A stretch of 64,000 nt of DNA, from NCBI GenBank assembly GCA_038065555.1, contig JBBTQS010000001.1, forward strand, positions 256,741 through 320,740. The letters run 5' to 3'. Of the stretch, positions 27,550 to 37,215 are shown piece after piece; within the stretch, counting starts at the first letter, position 1; every line of letters starts with the position of its first letter. The notes under the pieces are model-generated. The model was given only the letters and a program-made list of their open reading frames with translations, ran no database searches and was not told the DNA's origin. Position numbers and translations under genes: made by a program. The stretch comes from Patescibacteria group bacterium (GTDB lineage: Bacteria; Patescibacteriota; Patescibacteriia; Magasanikbacterales; JBBTQS01).

Positions 27550-28683
27550 TTAGAGTTGTCGGAAAAGTTTTTGCATTCTTTGGGCAATCACTGACCAATC
27601 GAAATTCCTTGCGCGTCGAAGTCCTTCTCCGCGACAGCGCTCTCGCAGTTCGTTATCGCCGCGTAACCGTGTAATTGCCTCTGCGATAGACTGTGGATTA
27701 TTCGGCTCACAGAACACGCCACTCACATCAGACTCCACAATATCTGGGATGCCGCCAACAGGGGTAGCAACAACAGGGATTCCAGCTGCCTGCGCCTCCA
27801 GGAACACATTCCCCAACCCTTCAGAGATCGACGCGCGACAAAATACATCACTCGCATGCAGATATGCAGGCAGATCACGATGGCCAACAGATCCGACGAA
27901 ATGTACTCGCTCACGAATGGATTGCGCCCGCTGTCGCAACACTGGCTCCAGCCCACCACTCCCCACAATTACTACATGCGTGTCCAATGGTAATGCAGCA
28001 CATGCTGCAATCAAATCGCCAACACCATTCTTTTCAACCAACCGAGAAACCGTTATTACAACCCATGCGTCAGCTGGTATTCCGAGTGTTTTTCGCACCT
28101 CGCTGCGCGTTTGCGCCGGTTGTGCAAAATGCGCCACTGCAACGCCATTTGGGATCACCTCTACACGATTGCCCGCATACCCCATCTTCACTGCCCATGC
28201 GCCCAGTGACGAGCTAATCGCATGTATCACTGATGCGCGGCGAAAAATCGCCTGCACCATCCAGAAAAAGCCTCTTGATGCGCGACGAATATGTTCCTCG
28301 CTGTCCCCTTCTTGCACAGACAATACAAAAGGAATCTGTGGACGAAATGCTGCGACAATGCGTGCTGCCAGCCCTCCATAACTCGCCATAATCGCCCAAA
28401 TCGCTTGTACATTACGATGACGAAACGCAATAAGTGGTGCCAAAAGAGGCAATAACACCTTGTCGAGTGCCGCAACACCCACACCAATACGATGCACTTC
28501 CACATTTTCTATGTGTTCGTTTGTCGCGAGTCCTGGCTTGATCCGCGCACAGTAGAGAATCCAACGATACTCAGGAATGCGACGAGTAACCTCTTGTACC
28601 GCAATCTCAGCACCTCCAATAAGCGGCAAATACGCGGTGGAAAAAATCAAAATGGTTTTCTTTGCGTGCACCGCCTGATCCAT
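27550..28683 (-). CDS. glycosyltransferase family 4 (GT-B, GT1/GT4)
   Basis: GT4 N-terminal domain pattern (ILIFSTAYLPLIGGAEIAV) and C-terminal EGLGNVFLEAQAAGIPVV motif. Confidence 0.75.
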   Translation of the reverse strand: MDQAVHAKKTILIFSTAYLPLIGGAEIAVQEVTRRIPEYRWILYCARIKPGLATNEHIENVEVHRIGVGVAALDKVLLPLLAPLIAFRHRNVQAIWAIMASYGGLAARIVAAFRPQIPFVLSVQEGDSEEHIRRASRGFFWMVQAIFRRASVIHAISSSLGAWAVKMGYAGNRVEVIPNGVAVAHFAQPAQTRSEVRKTLGIPADAWVVITVSRLVEKNGVGDLIAACAALPLDTHVVIVGSGGLEPVLRQRAQSIRERVHFVGSVGHRDLPAYLHASDVFCRASISEGLGNVFLEAQAAGIPVVATPVGGIPDIVESDVSGVFCEPNNPQSIAEAITRLRGDNELRERCRGEGLRRARNFDWSVIAQRMQKLFRQL

Positions 28684-28688
28684 ACGTT

Positions 28689-29648
28689 TTATACCTTAGT
28701 CGTCCTGCGAACTTCTTTCTTGAAATAGGCAACTGATTTTTGCAATCCTTCGCGCAATGAGACCTTGGGCTCCCAACCAAGAATCTCCCGAGCACGGGCA
28801 ATATCTGGCTGACGACGACGTGGATCATCTTCGCGTGGCGCGCTGTGTACAACCTCACTACGACTCTTCGTGACAGCCAACACTTCAGCAGCAAGTTCAT
28901 TCACTGTGAACTCAGTGGCGTTACCGAGGTTGATCGGTCCGTGCACATCTGGCGCGCTCGCCATCATACGAACCAACCCGTCAACGAGATCTGAGACATA
29001 ACAAAAACTTCGCGTCTGTGATCCATCACCATCGATGCGAATTGTCGTTCCTTTGATCGCTGACACGATGAAATTACTCACCACGCGTCCATCCTCTAAC
29101 GCCATGTTCGGACCGTACGTATTGAAAATCCGCACCACCTTCACTGGCGCTTGATACTGTCTAATATATTCAAAACACAGCGTCTCAGCGAGACGTTTGC
29201 CTTCGTCGTAGCATGCACGCGGGCCAATCGGATTCACCGAACCCAAATAGGTCTCCGGTTGTGGGTGTACCTCAGGATCTCCATATACTTCTGAGGTCGA
29301 TGCATGCAGGAGCGTCGCACCTTTGGCTCGTGCAAAAGCTAACAGCTGACGAATTCCATCCACGCTCGCAGCAATGGTCTCAAATGGAAATGCAAAATAT
29401 TTTGCTGGTGACGCAGGGCACGCGAGGTTATAAATCTCATGCACAGGCTCTGCAATCTTGAGTGGACGCGTTACATCGTGCTTCTTGAACACAAACGCAC
29501 CAGACTTCGAAAGTCCTCGCAGATTCCGTCGATCGCCGGTGATGAGTGAGTCCACGCCAATGACGCGATGCCCCTGCTCGAGCAAGACGCGCACCAAGTG
29601 ACTCCCGATAAATCCAGCTGCACCAGCGACGACAATGGTTTTTTGCAT
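28689..29648 (-). CDS. UDP-glucuronate decarboxylase / UDP-xylose synthase (NAD-dependent epimerase-dehydratase SDR)
   Basis: GAAGFIGSHLV Rossmann motif, YDEGKR catalytic YxxxK, and FNTYGPNM...DGSQTRSFCYVSDLVDGL typical of UXS/ArnA-decarboxylase type enzymes. Confidence 0.75.
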   Translation of the reverse strand: MQKTIVVAGAAGFIGSHLVRVLLEQGHRVIGVDSLITGDRRNLRGLSKSGAFVFKKHDVTRPLKIAEPVHEIYNLACPASPAKYFAFPFETIAASVDGIRQLLAFARAKGATLLHASTSEVYGDPEVHPQPETYLGSVNPIGPRACYDEGKRLAETLCFEYIRQYQAPVKVVRIFNTYGPNMALEDGRVVSNFIVSAIKGTTIRIDGDGSQTRSFCYVSDLVDGLVRMMASAPDVHGPINLGNATEFTVNELAAEVLAVTKSRSEVVHSAPREDDPRRRQPDIARAREILGWEPKVSLREGLQKSVAYFKKEVRRTTKV

Positions 29649-29717
29649 AGACCCGTTATTCTCTGTATGATGCTAACTACACCATATTTCTTCGCAAAAG
29701 TAAACAAAACACGTTCT

Positions 29718-30878
29718 ATGTCCACCACTCCCCACCCACGTCTCACGGTTGGACTCCTCATTACGCAAGGCCATTGGGGTGGTGCGCAACAATACGTCTT
29801 CGATCTTGCAACGCACCTCGCATCCGAGATGAACGTCGTTGTAGGCATTGGCTCTCCAACACGCGGCCAAGAATTACAACAACGCCTTGCGGCATGGAAT
29901 ACGGCGCATCCCAAATCTCCCATCACCATACAACAACTCACGCATCTTGTGCGCGAGATTTCTCCATTAAAAGACCTTCGTGCGCTTGCTGAAATCAAAA
30001 ACTTCGTTGTACGCAATCACCTTGATATTCTCCACTGCAACAGTGCCAAAGCTACAGTGATCGGTTCATTTGCAACGCGTGCGCTCCCTGTCCGACGCGT
30101 CACAACAGTACATGGATTCACATTCACCGAACCACTTTCCTGGGCACGCAGAGCGTTCTACCGAACACTCGAGCGAATCGCCAGCACCTCTGCACACCTG
30201 CTCATTTGTCCAGATCGCGCATCATACGCCATTGCCAAGGACTCATTCCACATTCCACAATCGCGCCTCGCACTGATTCCACACACACGCACGGACATCG
30301 CGTTCCTTCCACGTGATGCAGCACGTACTGCGCTTGCAAAACACATAGGACACACGATCACAGATCACACCCAAATCATTGGATCAATTGCTAATTTCTA
30401 CAAAGTCAAAAACCAAGCGCTCCTCCTCGAGTCCTTCGCACTCCTCGCACAACAAAATCCCGAAGCCATTTGCATACTCATCGGAGACGGCAGCGAACGC
30501 CAAAACCTAGAGAGTATTCGCACATCACTCCCCTGCGCAAACCGAATTTTCTTCGCGGGTGCAATCGAAAACGCCGCAACACTTCTGCGAGGATTTGAAG
30601 TCTTCGCACTGACTTCAGACAAAGAAGGATACCCATTTGTTCTCCTCGAAGCTCGCGCCGCTGGTATCCCCATTGTTGTGCGCAATATCGGTGGCTGTCC
30701 TGAAATTATAGAAGGGGTGAGCAACGCTAGTAGCGTCACCACCCCCACTCCCACAGCAATTGCTGCGGCACTCACACGCGCACTCGAACAAAATCCTATT
30801 TCACAAACGCGCACATCGAGTGAACTCATGCACAATGCAACGCGTGTACGTTACCATTCTCTAGTCACGAACCAATAA
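29718..30878 (+). CDS. glycosyltransferase family 4
   Basis: GT4 fold; EGYPFVLLEARAAGIPIV motif; start taken at MSTTPHPRL. Confidence 0.7.
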   Translation: MSTTPHPRLTVGLLITQGHWGGAQQYVFDLATHLASEMNVVVGIGSPTRGQELQQRLAAWNTAHPKSPITIQQLTHLVREISPLKDLRALAEIKNFVVRNHLDILHCNSAKATVIGSFATRALPVRRVTTVHGFTFTEPLSWARRAFYRTLERIASTSAHLLICPDRASYAIAKDSFHIPQSRLALIPHTRTDIAFLPRDAARTALAKHIGHTITDHTQIIGSIANFYKVKNQALLLESFALLAQQNPEAICILIGDGSERQNLESIRTSLPCANRIFFAGAIENAATLLRGFEVFALTSDKEGYPFVLLEARAAGIPIVVRNIGGCPEIIEGVSNASSVTTPTPTAIAAALTRALEQNPISQTRTSSELMHNATRVRYHSLVTNQ

Positions 30879-32966
30879 TTCGTAGAACCGAGCCAACTCT
30901 TCATCCTTCACAACCTTTGCAACCTGAATGGCAACCTGACGTGCCTGCTCTGTCATAGTCTCAGGTCGTCGTGTGCGCACTTCTCGGAACATTTCCGCCG
31001 ATGCCACAGCATCATCAAATGCGGCGTAGAGCATCGCTGCGCGCCAATACGACTGACCAACTGCAGGATCAAGTGCAATCGCTTCTTTCATTGCCGCTTC
31101 AGCCGCGGGCTTGTTACGCAGCACCAACTGCGCCTGCGCTACTTCATACAGGAGCTGCTGACGTTTGGGTGAAAGTGCCCGCGCCTGCTCTAACACCTGC
31201 AATACCATGAACTGACGAGCCGCATTGTTGGTAATAATCGCTTCCTGCTGCAACATCTGTGCGCGCAACACCGCGATACGCAATTCAAAAGGACGCTTTT
31301 GCAACTGCGCTTCTAAGTCAGGCAATACCACTGTGTAGGTTTCGGAGTGCAACGACTTGGCGAGCGCAGTTGACGCTTGTGTCGCTGCATTCAGGAACCG
31401 AACAAGTGCCGTTGCGAACTCGCGAGTAATATCATCGTCGTGCGGCGATTGATACGACTTCGCCTGTGCATACAACCGCATTGCTTCTCGTGTGAGTGGA
31501 ACTGCTTGTTGTGGGTTCTGGTTGGACCCAGCCAACATGAGATGCTGCAACGCGAGCAATGTTGACGCGTTTGCCTGCGCCGTACGCACATTTCCTTGAT
31601 AGATGAGCAGCACAGCAACAAGTACAGCGACAATCGCCACACCTGGCGCAGCGGTTCGCGTCGGCGACAATCGTGGGAGCTCCTGCTCACCCAACGCACT
31701 GCGCCGATCAATATAGGCAAGCAATACGAACCACGCGAGATACGAAGTCACATTATCGAACACAAAGAGATTGTGCACGAAATACGCAACCAGGAACATC
31801 TGCAACACGAGTGACTCTTCCCACGATTCCTTCCCAATGCGCACAGCACCAATATACGCGCACACGAAGAGCGCGAGGTATGCGACAAGCCCCACAACCC
31901 CCTGTGTCGTTAACGTATTGAAGACAATGTTATGGGCGTTATCAAACCACGTTTCTGAATCTCCAAACCGCAAGAATTCTGGATCAAAGTGTTCATTAAA
32001 TGCAAAGTAGAAGGTGTTGAGCCCCCATCCTTGGACCGGATGTTCCTTCCACGCCTCAATCGCCACGCTCCACGTCATAATACGCGTTCGCCCCGTACCC
32101 TCAGTCAACGACAAATGCGTCATGCGATTAAGGAATGGCTGGTTACGTATGACCGTGGTATCTCGAGCCAACCAGAGCCCTGCGAGCAACACTACAAACC
32201 CAACGCACGCAGCAAGTGTCCATTTGCGCACACGAGCATCCACCCCCTTCCGGAACAACACCAGGAGCATTCCCACAACAACAGCAACCGCCACACCAAT
32301 CATCGTACCGCGTGTCTTGGTCGGCAAAATTGTCGCAAGCGCAATCACACCTGAGATCGCCCACACCCATCGTAACTCGTTCGACTTCTCCTTCACCCAC
32401 AACACCGCGGCAATCGAAGCCAAGAACAGTGCATATCCACTCACATAGATCGTGTTGCCGAGCGTCGAACGCACGCGATCGCTCCCCTCATTGAGCAAAA
32501 AAAGTGGATTGCTCACCTGCAACCATGCAATCAACACAAATGGGAGGCCAATAATCAGAATCCAAATGAATAACGCACGCCATTCCTTCCACGTTCGGAA
32601 CACCTGACGACTCACGAAGTACAACGCAACATAATGAAAAATTGTGTACAAACCAAGCATGCGCTCATGATTGTCCCAGAGACTGCGACGCACATCCACA
32701 CTCCAAACCGTAGAGAGAATACCCGCCAAGATGAACCCAAGCACCGCATACAAAATCGGCGTACGTCGAATCTGCGAACGCTCAGTTGCATACAGCGCTA
32801 TATACCAAGCATACACCGCCGCAAGCAGTGTAATCATGACGCGCAAGAACAACACCTTTGGAACCACAAACGGAAACACGTACGATGCCGTTGTAACAAT
32901 CAGCGGTGTAATGAACGTGAGCGCTACACCAATTTGCAATATCCGCGTCAAAACTCGATGAGACAT
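30861..32966 (-). CDS. O-antigen ligase (Wzy_C) family membrane protein fused to C-terminal TPR repeats (paralog 1)
   Basis: about 12 TM helices with the Wzy_C core (ILPTKTRGTMIGVAVAVVVG) and a large periplasmic loop, then about 250 aa of TPR-like helical repeats. Confidence 0.65.
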   Translation of the reverse strand: MSHRVLTRILQIGVALTFITPLIVTTASYVFPFVVPKVLFLRVMITLLAAVYAWYIALYATERSQIRRTPILYAVLGFILAGILSTVWSVDVRRSLWDNHERMLGLYTIFHYVALYFVSRQVFRTWKEWRALFIWILIIGLPFVLIAWLQVSNPLFLLNEGSDRVRSTLGNTIYVSGYALFLASIAAVLWVKEKSNELRWVWAISGVIALATILPTKTRGTMIGVAVAVVVGMLLVLFRKGVDARVRKWTLAACVGFVVLLAGLWLARDTTVIRNQPFLNRMTHLSLTEGTGRTRIMTWSVAIEAWKEHPVQGWGLNTFYFAFNEHFDPEFLRFGDSETWFDNAHNIVFNTLTTQGVVGLVAYLALFVCAYIGAVRIGKESWEESLVLQMFLVAYFVHNLFVFDNVTSYLAWFVLLAYIDRRSALGEQELPRLSPTRTAAPGVAIVAVLVAVLLIYQGNVRTAQANASTLLALQHLMLAGSNQNPQQAVPLTREAMRLYAQAKSYQSPHDDDITREFATALVRFLNAATQASTALAKSLHSETYTVVLPDLEAQLQKRPFELRIAVLRAQMLQQEAIITNNAARQFMVLQVLEQARALSPKRQQLLYEVAQAQLVLRNKPAAEAAMKEAIALDPAVGQSYWRAAMLYAAFDDAVASAEMFREVRTRRPETMTEQARQVAIQVAKVVKDEELARFYELLVRD

Positions 32967-32976
32967 ACCGGCAAAA

Positions 32977-35196
32977 TTATTGGTCAAGTTCTTTAAGAAA
33001 TTGTTCTGCACCTTCACGATACGACGGATCCAACTCTATAGCACGAAGCGCTGCGTGACGAGCTTCAGCCTTGCGTCCCACCTGCCCATACGCAAGAGCA
33101 AGGCGTGACCACCACAGAGGCTCCAGTGGCAACTGCTGCACGACGATCTCATACAGATCCACGAGTCGATCATGCTTTTGCTTTTCCACCAGCACACGCG
33201 TCACCACTTCAACTTGCGCAGCAGTCTCGAACTGAAATCGCATATCCATTGCACGTTCCACATGCATGAGTCCCTCGTCAACAGTTGCTGGATCACTCAA
33301 AAGCGGGAACCCGTAATACCAATGCACCAACACCGTGTCCCCCGCCCGCTGAAGTGCCTCCTTCATCACGCGCGTTGCCTCGTCTTTTCGCTCCAGAGCC
33401 AACAACGCTTGTGCTTGAAGCAAATACCCTTCTTCGCGACTCGGACTCAGCGCCGTTGCTTCGCGGAAATACGCAAGTGCCCGCTCCAACAACGCCGTAT
33501 CATTACGCAATACTCCTACTTGATACTCCATTTTCCCAGCCATTACAATCAGGAGAACCGTACGAGGCTGTGACGCAAGAATTTCCTCAAGATTCGCCCT
33601 CACCCACGCAATATCCTTGTCAAACCATGCACGCACTTCCGGAGTCAACCCCTCAAGCGAATTATCCTTCGAATTGCCATGCACCATATCTGTCACCGAA
33701 CCAGCAGTCCAACGCCAACGCTCGAATTGATACGGCGTGTACCATGCATACGCATAATACAAATACTCACGCGCCCCACTCCAATTCCCCACATACGACA
33801 GTTGCAAACCATAGTTGGTCATTGATGCAGAAATAAGCGGAGTAATACTACCCCACAATACCGCAACACCAATAACAGCAGTACTCATCCAAAGTACAAC
33901 TTGCGGCACACGCCACGCATTACCCGCACGCCCAATCGCTAATCGCTGTTCCTGTGCTAACACCAACCCAACAAGCAACGCCACCGGCAAATACGTCCCT
34001 GGATTCTCGAACAAAAACACCATTTGGCCCAGATGCCCCACCCCTACTCCCACCAGAACTGCAACGAGCCCCGGACTCCACACATCCTCACATCGCGCTC
34101 GTATAAGCACACGAACCAGGCACACAACCACCGCAACAAATGCCACGAGACCCACAACACCACTGGTCGCCATGAGCTCCAGCACGTGACTGTGCGGCTT
34201 GTCGACATAGGACTCCACAAATGCAATTTCCGAAAGCGCGGGATTATAGAATGCATCACTCACCCGACGATAATTCTCCGGACCCCACCCAAAGATTGGC
34301 CGACCAAGGAATCCATCCCACGCCACACCCCAGTTAATTGCACGAGTAGAGAGCGACGTAACGCCCAGTAGACTTGTTGCCCACCCTCGAACCGCTGAAG
34401 ATTGTGTAAACACAAGCCCGGCCACAACTATCATGGCACCAACCACCCCCACGCCCCACAACACAACTGCGCGAGTAATTCGTTGTCGCTGCAACACAAT
34501 CCACACTCCCATTCCAGCAACAACTCCAGCAGCCAGACCAACATATGTTCCACGTGCCTGAGCCATAATCAACGCAACTGCCGCGAGCACCACGAACACT
34601 CCAGCAATCCCACGCCAGCGTCGTCGGTCCTGCGCAATAATCACCCCCGCAATACCAAGATGAAGCAATAGGTACGATGCAAAAAGCACAGGATTACCAA
34701 GTGTACTTCCAATACGCACCGCCGAAACATTTGGAACAAGCGACGGGAACCACCACTGCAAAATACCAACGACAGCAACAACACTCGCCGCCCACACACT
34801 CACGCGCAATACCCGAGCTCGCGATTCAGCTGAAAAAAGTGGCGAAGCAAACACCAAGAGCGCACCCAAAATGTGCAACTGATACCACAACCCCGTCGAG
34901 CGAGCCATATCACTCCACAGACTCTGCCACCAATCCACCCCAACTACCGCGCACAACAACTGCACGACAAAGAAGACTACAATAGCGATCAGAAGCGGCG
35001 ACCAACGCAACCGCAACGACGGCTCACGATACCACACCCACACACTCGCCCCAACCATCACAGATACAACCGTCTGCAATACCATCGCCTGCACAAAGGA
35101 CAGTGGATACAAAGACAATGGAAAGTAAAACAGCGGCACCCACACCAACACATACGCACACCACAGTATCACCCGATGTAACATCTTAGTACTCAT
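32977..35196 (-). CDS. O-antigen ligase (Wzy_C)-TPR fusion membrane protein (paralog 2)
   Basis: Same architecture as paralog 1; RPIFGWGPENY motif; C-terminal TPR region. Confidence 0.65.
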   Translation of the reverse strand: MSTKMLHRVILWCAYVLVWVPLFYFPLSLYPLSFVQAMVLQTVVSVMVGASVWVWYREPSLRLRWSPLLIAIVVFFVVQLLCAVVGVDWWQSLWSDMARSTGLWYQLHILGALLVFASPLFSAESRARVLRVSVWAASVVAVVGILQWWFPSLVPNVSAVRIGSTLGNPVLFASYLLLHLGIAGVIIAQDRRRWRGIAGVFVVLAAVALIMAQARGTYVGLAAGVVAGMGVWIVLQRQRITRAVVLWGVGVVGAMIVVAGLVFTQSSAVRGWATSLLGVTSLSTRAINWGVAWDGFLGRPIFGWGPENYRRVSDAFYNPALSEIAFVESYVDKPHSHVLELMATSGVVGLVAFVAVVVCLVRVLIRARCEDVWSPGLVAVLVGVGVGHLGQMVFLFENPGTYLPVALLVGLVLAQEQRLAIGRAGNAWRVPQVVLWMSTAVIGVAVLWGSITPLISASMTNYGLQLSYVGNWSGAREYLYYAYAWYTPYQFERWRWTAGSVTDMVHGNSKDNSLEGLTPEVRAWFDKDIAWVRANLEEILASQPRTVLLIVMAGKMEYQVGVLRNDTALLERALAYFREATALSPSREEGYLLQAQALLALERKDEATRVMKEALQRAGDTVLVHWYYGFPLLSDPATVDEGLMHVERAMDMRFQFETAAQVEVVTRVLVEKQKHDRLVDLYEIVVQQLPLEPLWWSRLALAYGQVGRKAEARHAALRAIELDPSYREGAEQFLKELDQ

Positions 35197-37073
35197 AGTA
35201 TCGGAAAACGTGTTCCAAGAGCCTCACCATCGCGCTTCACTTCTTCAGCTTTTTCTGGCTGATCAGCAACACGATACGCAAGATACAAATACAGATACGT
35301 CTCGCGAACACCTGGAGCATCAGCACGCACTGCCTCAAGACGTGTGATAGCATCCGCAACACGATTTGTACCAATCAAGAACTCACTCTCCGCATACGCG
35401 GGATACGGATGACGAGGTGCCAACGCCTGCGCTTGTGCAAATGTTCGCTGTGCCAAATCTATCCAATCATTCCCATTACTCTGCGCTTGTTGCGCATAGA
35501 ACTGTGCGAGGAGATATGTTCGATAGAACCGAGTTCCGTCCTGCGTACACCGCGGTGCAGCTCGCTCCAGATCACGCGCCGTGCGCACACGAATATCAGC
35601 AGCTATACGATCACTCCCCGCAACTGCCACCCACGTTTGCATCGCCTTCTCCCACAACACACACGATGCAGGCACAGCATCATCTGCACTGCGCGTGACC
35701 TCTTCCATCCACGGGAACCAGCGCCCTGCGGCACGCGCATCCTCCGCACGAGTGTACGACGCAAATGCGCTCATCTGCGCCACAACACCATACAAACTCC
35801 ACACAACCAACACTCCTGCAACGCCAATCACCGCACGGTGTCGAACATTCGCCACAGGCAATACCTTGCGTACTCGTGGCACCGCGATCACACTTCCCAC
35901 AATGATCCAAAAAAACGCTGCGACAATCGGTTGCTCCGGTGTGAACAAAAGATACATCCCATACGCACCCACCATTCCAAATAACGCTGGCGACACACGC
36001 CATGCAATCAACAACACCATAGCAAACAACGCAATCCACACAACAAGTCCAACAATACCCATCTCCACAGCAACCATCAATACTGCGTTATGCGCGTCAT
36101 CGTTGAACGCCTCACTTCCTGCATACACCAGACTCTCAGGATTGAACCGTGCAGCAAACACTTCAGGATACGCGCCCCGTCCCCACCCAAACCATGGTCG
36201 ATCCTGAATCCCCTCCCACGCACCACGCCACTGCAACAATCGCGTCTGCGATGTCACTGCCGACGGAGCAATCTGCAATGCTCGTGGCACACCCCAGGAG
36301 GCTGGAACAAATTGCAGCGCAACAAAGAGCAACACAATGGCACCAACACCACCCCCGATACGCAGTGCCCGAACGCGCTCCATATGCGCAACCATCCACA
36401 AACTCGCCATGACTATTCCTACAATCAATCCTAGCAATCCAGCACGACTATCCGTTGCAACAAGCGCACTCACTTGCACCAACGCTGCAGCAATCCACCA
36501 TCCACGAACAGCCGCATGGGCACGTACATACGCTATACCCGTTGCCCCCAATGCAACGAGCAAAAATCCAGCAAGAAATGAAGCATTTCCAAAACTTGAA
36601 ATTACACTTCCAGTCGATCCAATCCACACCCATCCAGGGAATACATTTCCCAACCAACCCAGTACTGCCACAACAACCCCCATTCCAGCAATCACACGCA
36701 CCAATCGATCGCGCCACACCTGCGTACACAATGATACCGCCAACAATGACCCACCAACTGCATGCACCCAAATCCACCATCCATTTGCACGTAACAGCGA
36801 TCCCCATCCGACCATTTCTCCACCCCGCGTCGCAATACCAAGTAACACCAGATACCCCAACACAATCCACCACAAATACTTGCTCATCCGCGCAGAACCG
36901 AGGTCAGCGTCAACATGAACACCTCGGCGCATCTGCGTAATTACAACCCAAAGAAATCCCAAATCCAAAAGCCCCATCATTGCCAACACCTTTGGTGTCA
37001 AATGCGCCTCAGGCAACGATGGCGCCACCAACAATGGCACACTTACCGCAAGTACAATAAGAAAAATACCCAT
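35193..37073 (-). CDS. O-antigen ligase (Wzy_C)-TPR fusion membrane protein (paralog 3)
   Basis: Same architecture; DRPWFGWGRGAY motif; 4-nt overlap with paralog 2. Confidence 0.65.
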   Translation of the reverse strand: MGIFLIVLAVSVPLLVAPSLPEAHLTPKVLAMMGLLDLGFLWVVITQMRRGVHVDADLGSARMSKYLWWIVLGYLVLLGIATRGGEMVGWGSLLRANGWWIWVHAVGGSLLAVSLCTQVWRDRLVRVIAGMGVVVAVLGWLGNVFPGWVWIGSTGSVISSFGNASFLAGFLLVALGATGIAYVRAHAAVRGWWIAAALVQVSALVATDSRAGLLGLIVGIVMASLWMVAHMERVRALRIGGGVGAIVLLFVALQFVPASWGVPRALQIAPSAVTSQTRLLQWRGAWEGIQDRPWFGWGRGAYPEVFAARFNPESLVYAGSEAFNDDAHNAVLMVAVEMGIVGLVVWIALFAMVLLIAWRVSPALFGMVGAYGMYLLFTPEQPIVAAFFWIIVGSVIAVPRVRKVLPVANVRHRAVIGVAGVLVVWSLYGVVAQMSAFASYTRAEDARAAGRWFPWMEEVTRSADDAVPASCVLWEKAMQTWVAVAGSDRIAADIRVRTARDLERAAPRCTQDGTRFYRTYLLAQFYAQQAQSNGNDWIDLAQRTFAQAQALAPRHPYPAYAESEFLIGTNRVADAITRLEAVRADAPGVRETYLYLYLAYRVADQPEKAEEVKRDGEALGTRFPIL

Positions 37074-37124
37074 AGAAAATACTACACACCACTATACCCC
37101 GACACACCCCGCTCTGTTAAGAGC

Positions 37125-37170
37125 CACACAATAACAAAACCCCCCAGTTTCCCGGGGAGTTTTGTTTTGG
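37125..37170. terminator. intrinsic terminator CAAAACCCCC-AGTTTCCC-GGGGAGTTTTG for surface protein B gene
   Basis: 11-bp stem (one G-U) with T/U tracts on both sides, 50 nt after the stop of the 37216-40914 gene. Confidence 0.5.
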
Positions 37171-37215
37171 ATGAGGTCATTCCTCTTGCGAGGAAGCCGC
37201 AACCGCTAACCTAGA

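Noticed and set aside
33615-33626. TTGACA-containing match (CCTTGTCAAACC) to the recurrent promoter word
   Set aside because: It lies inside the coding region of a Wzy_C-TPR gene, and no TAnnnT hexamer follows at 17-18 nt (AGGGCG instead), so it is a chance occurrence.
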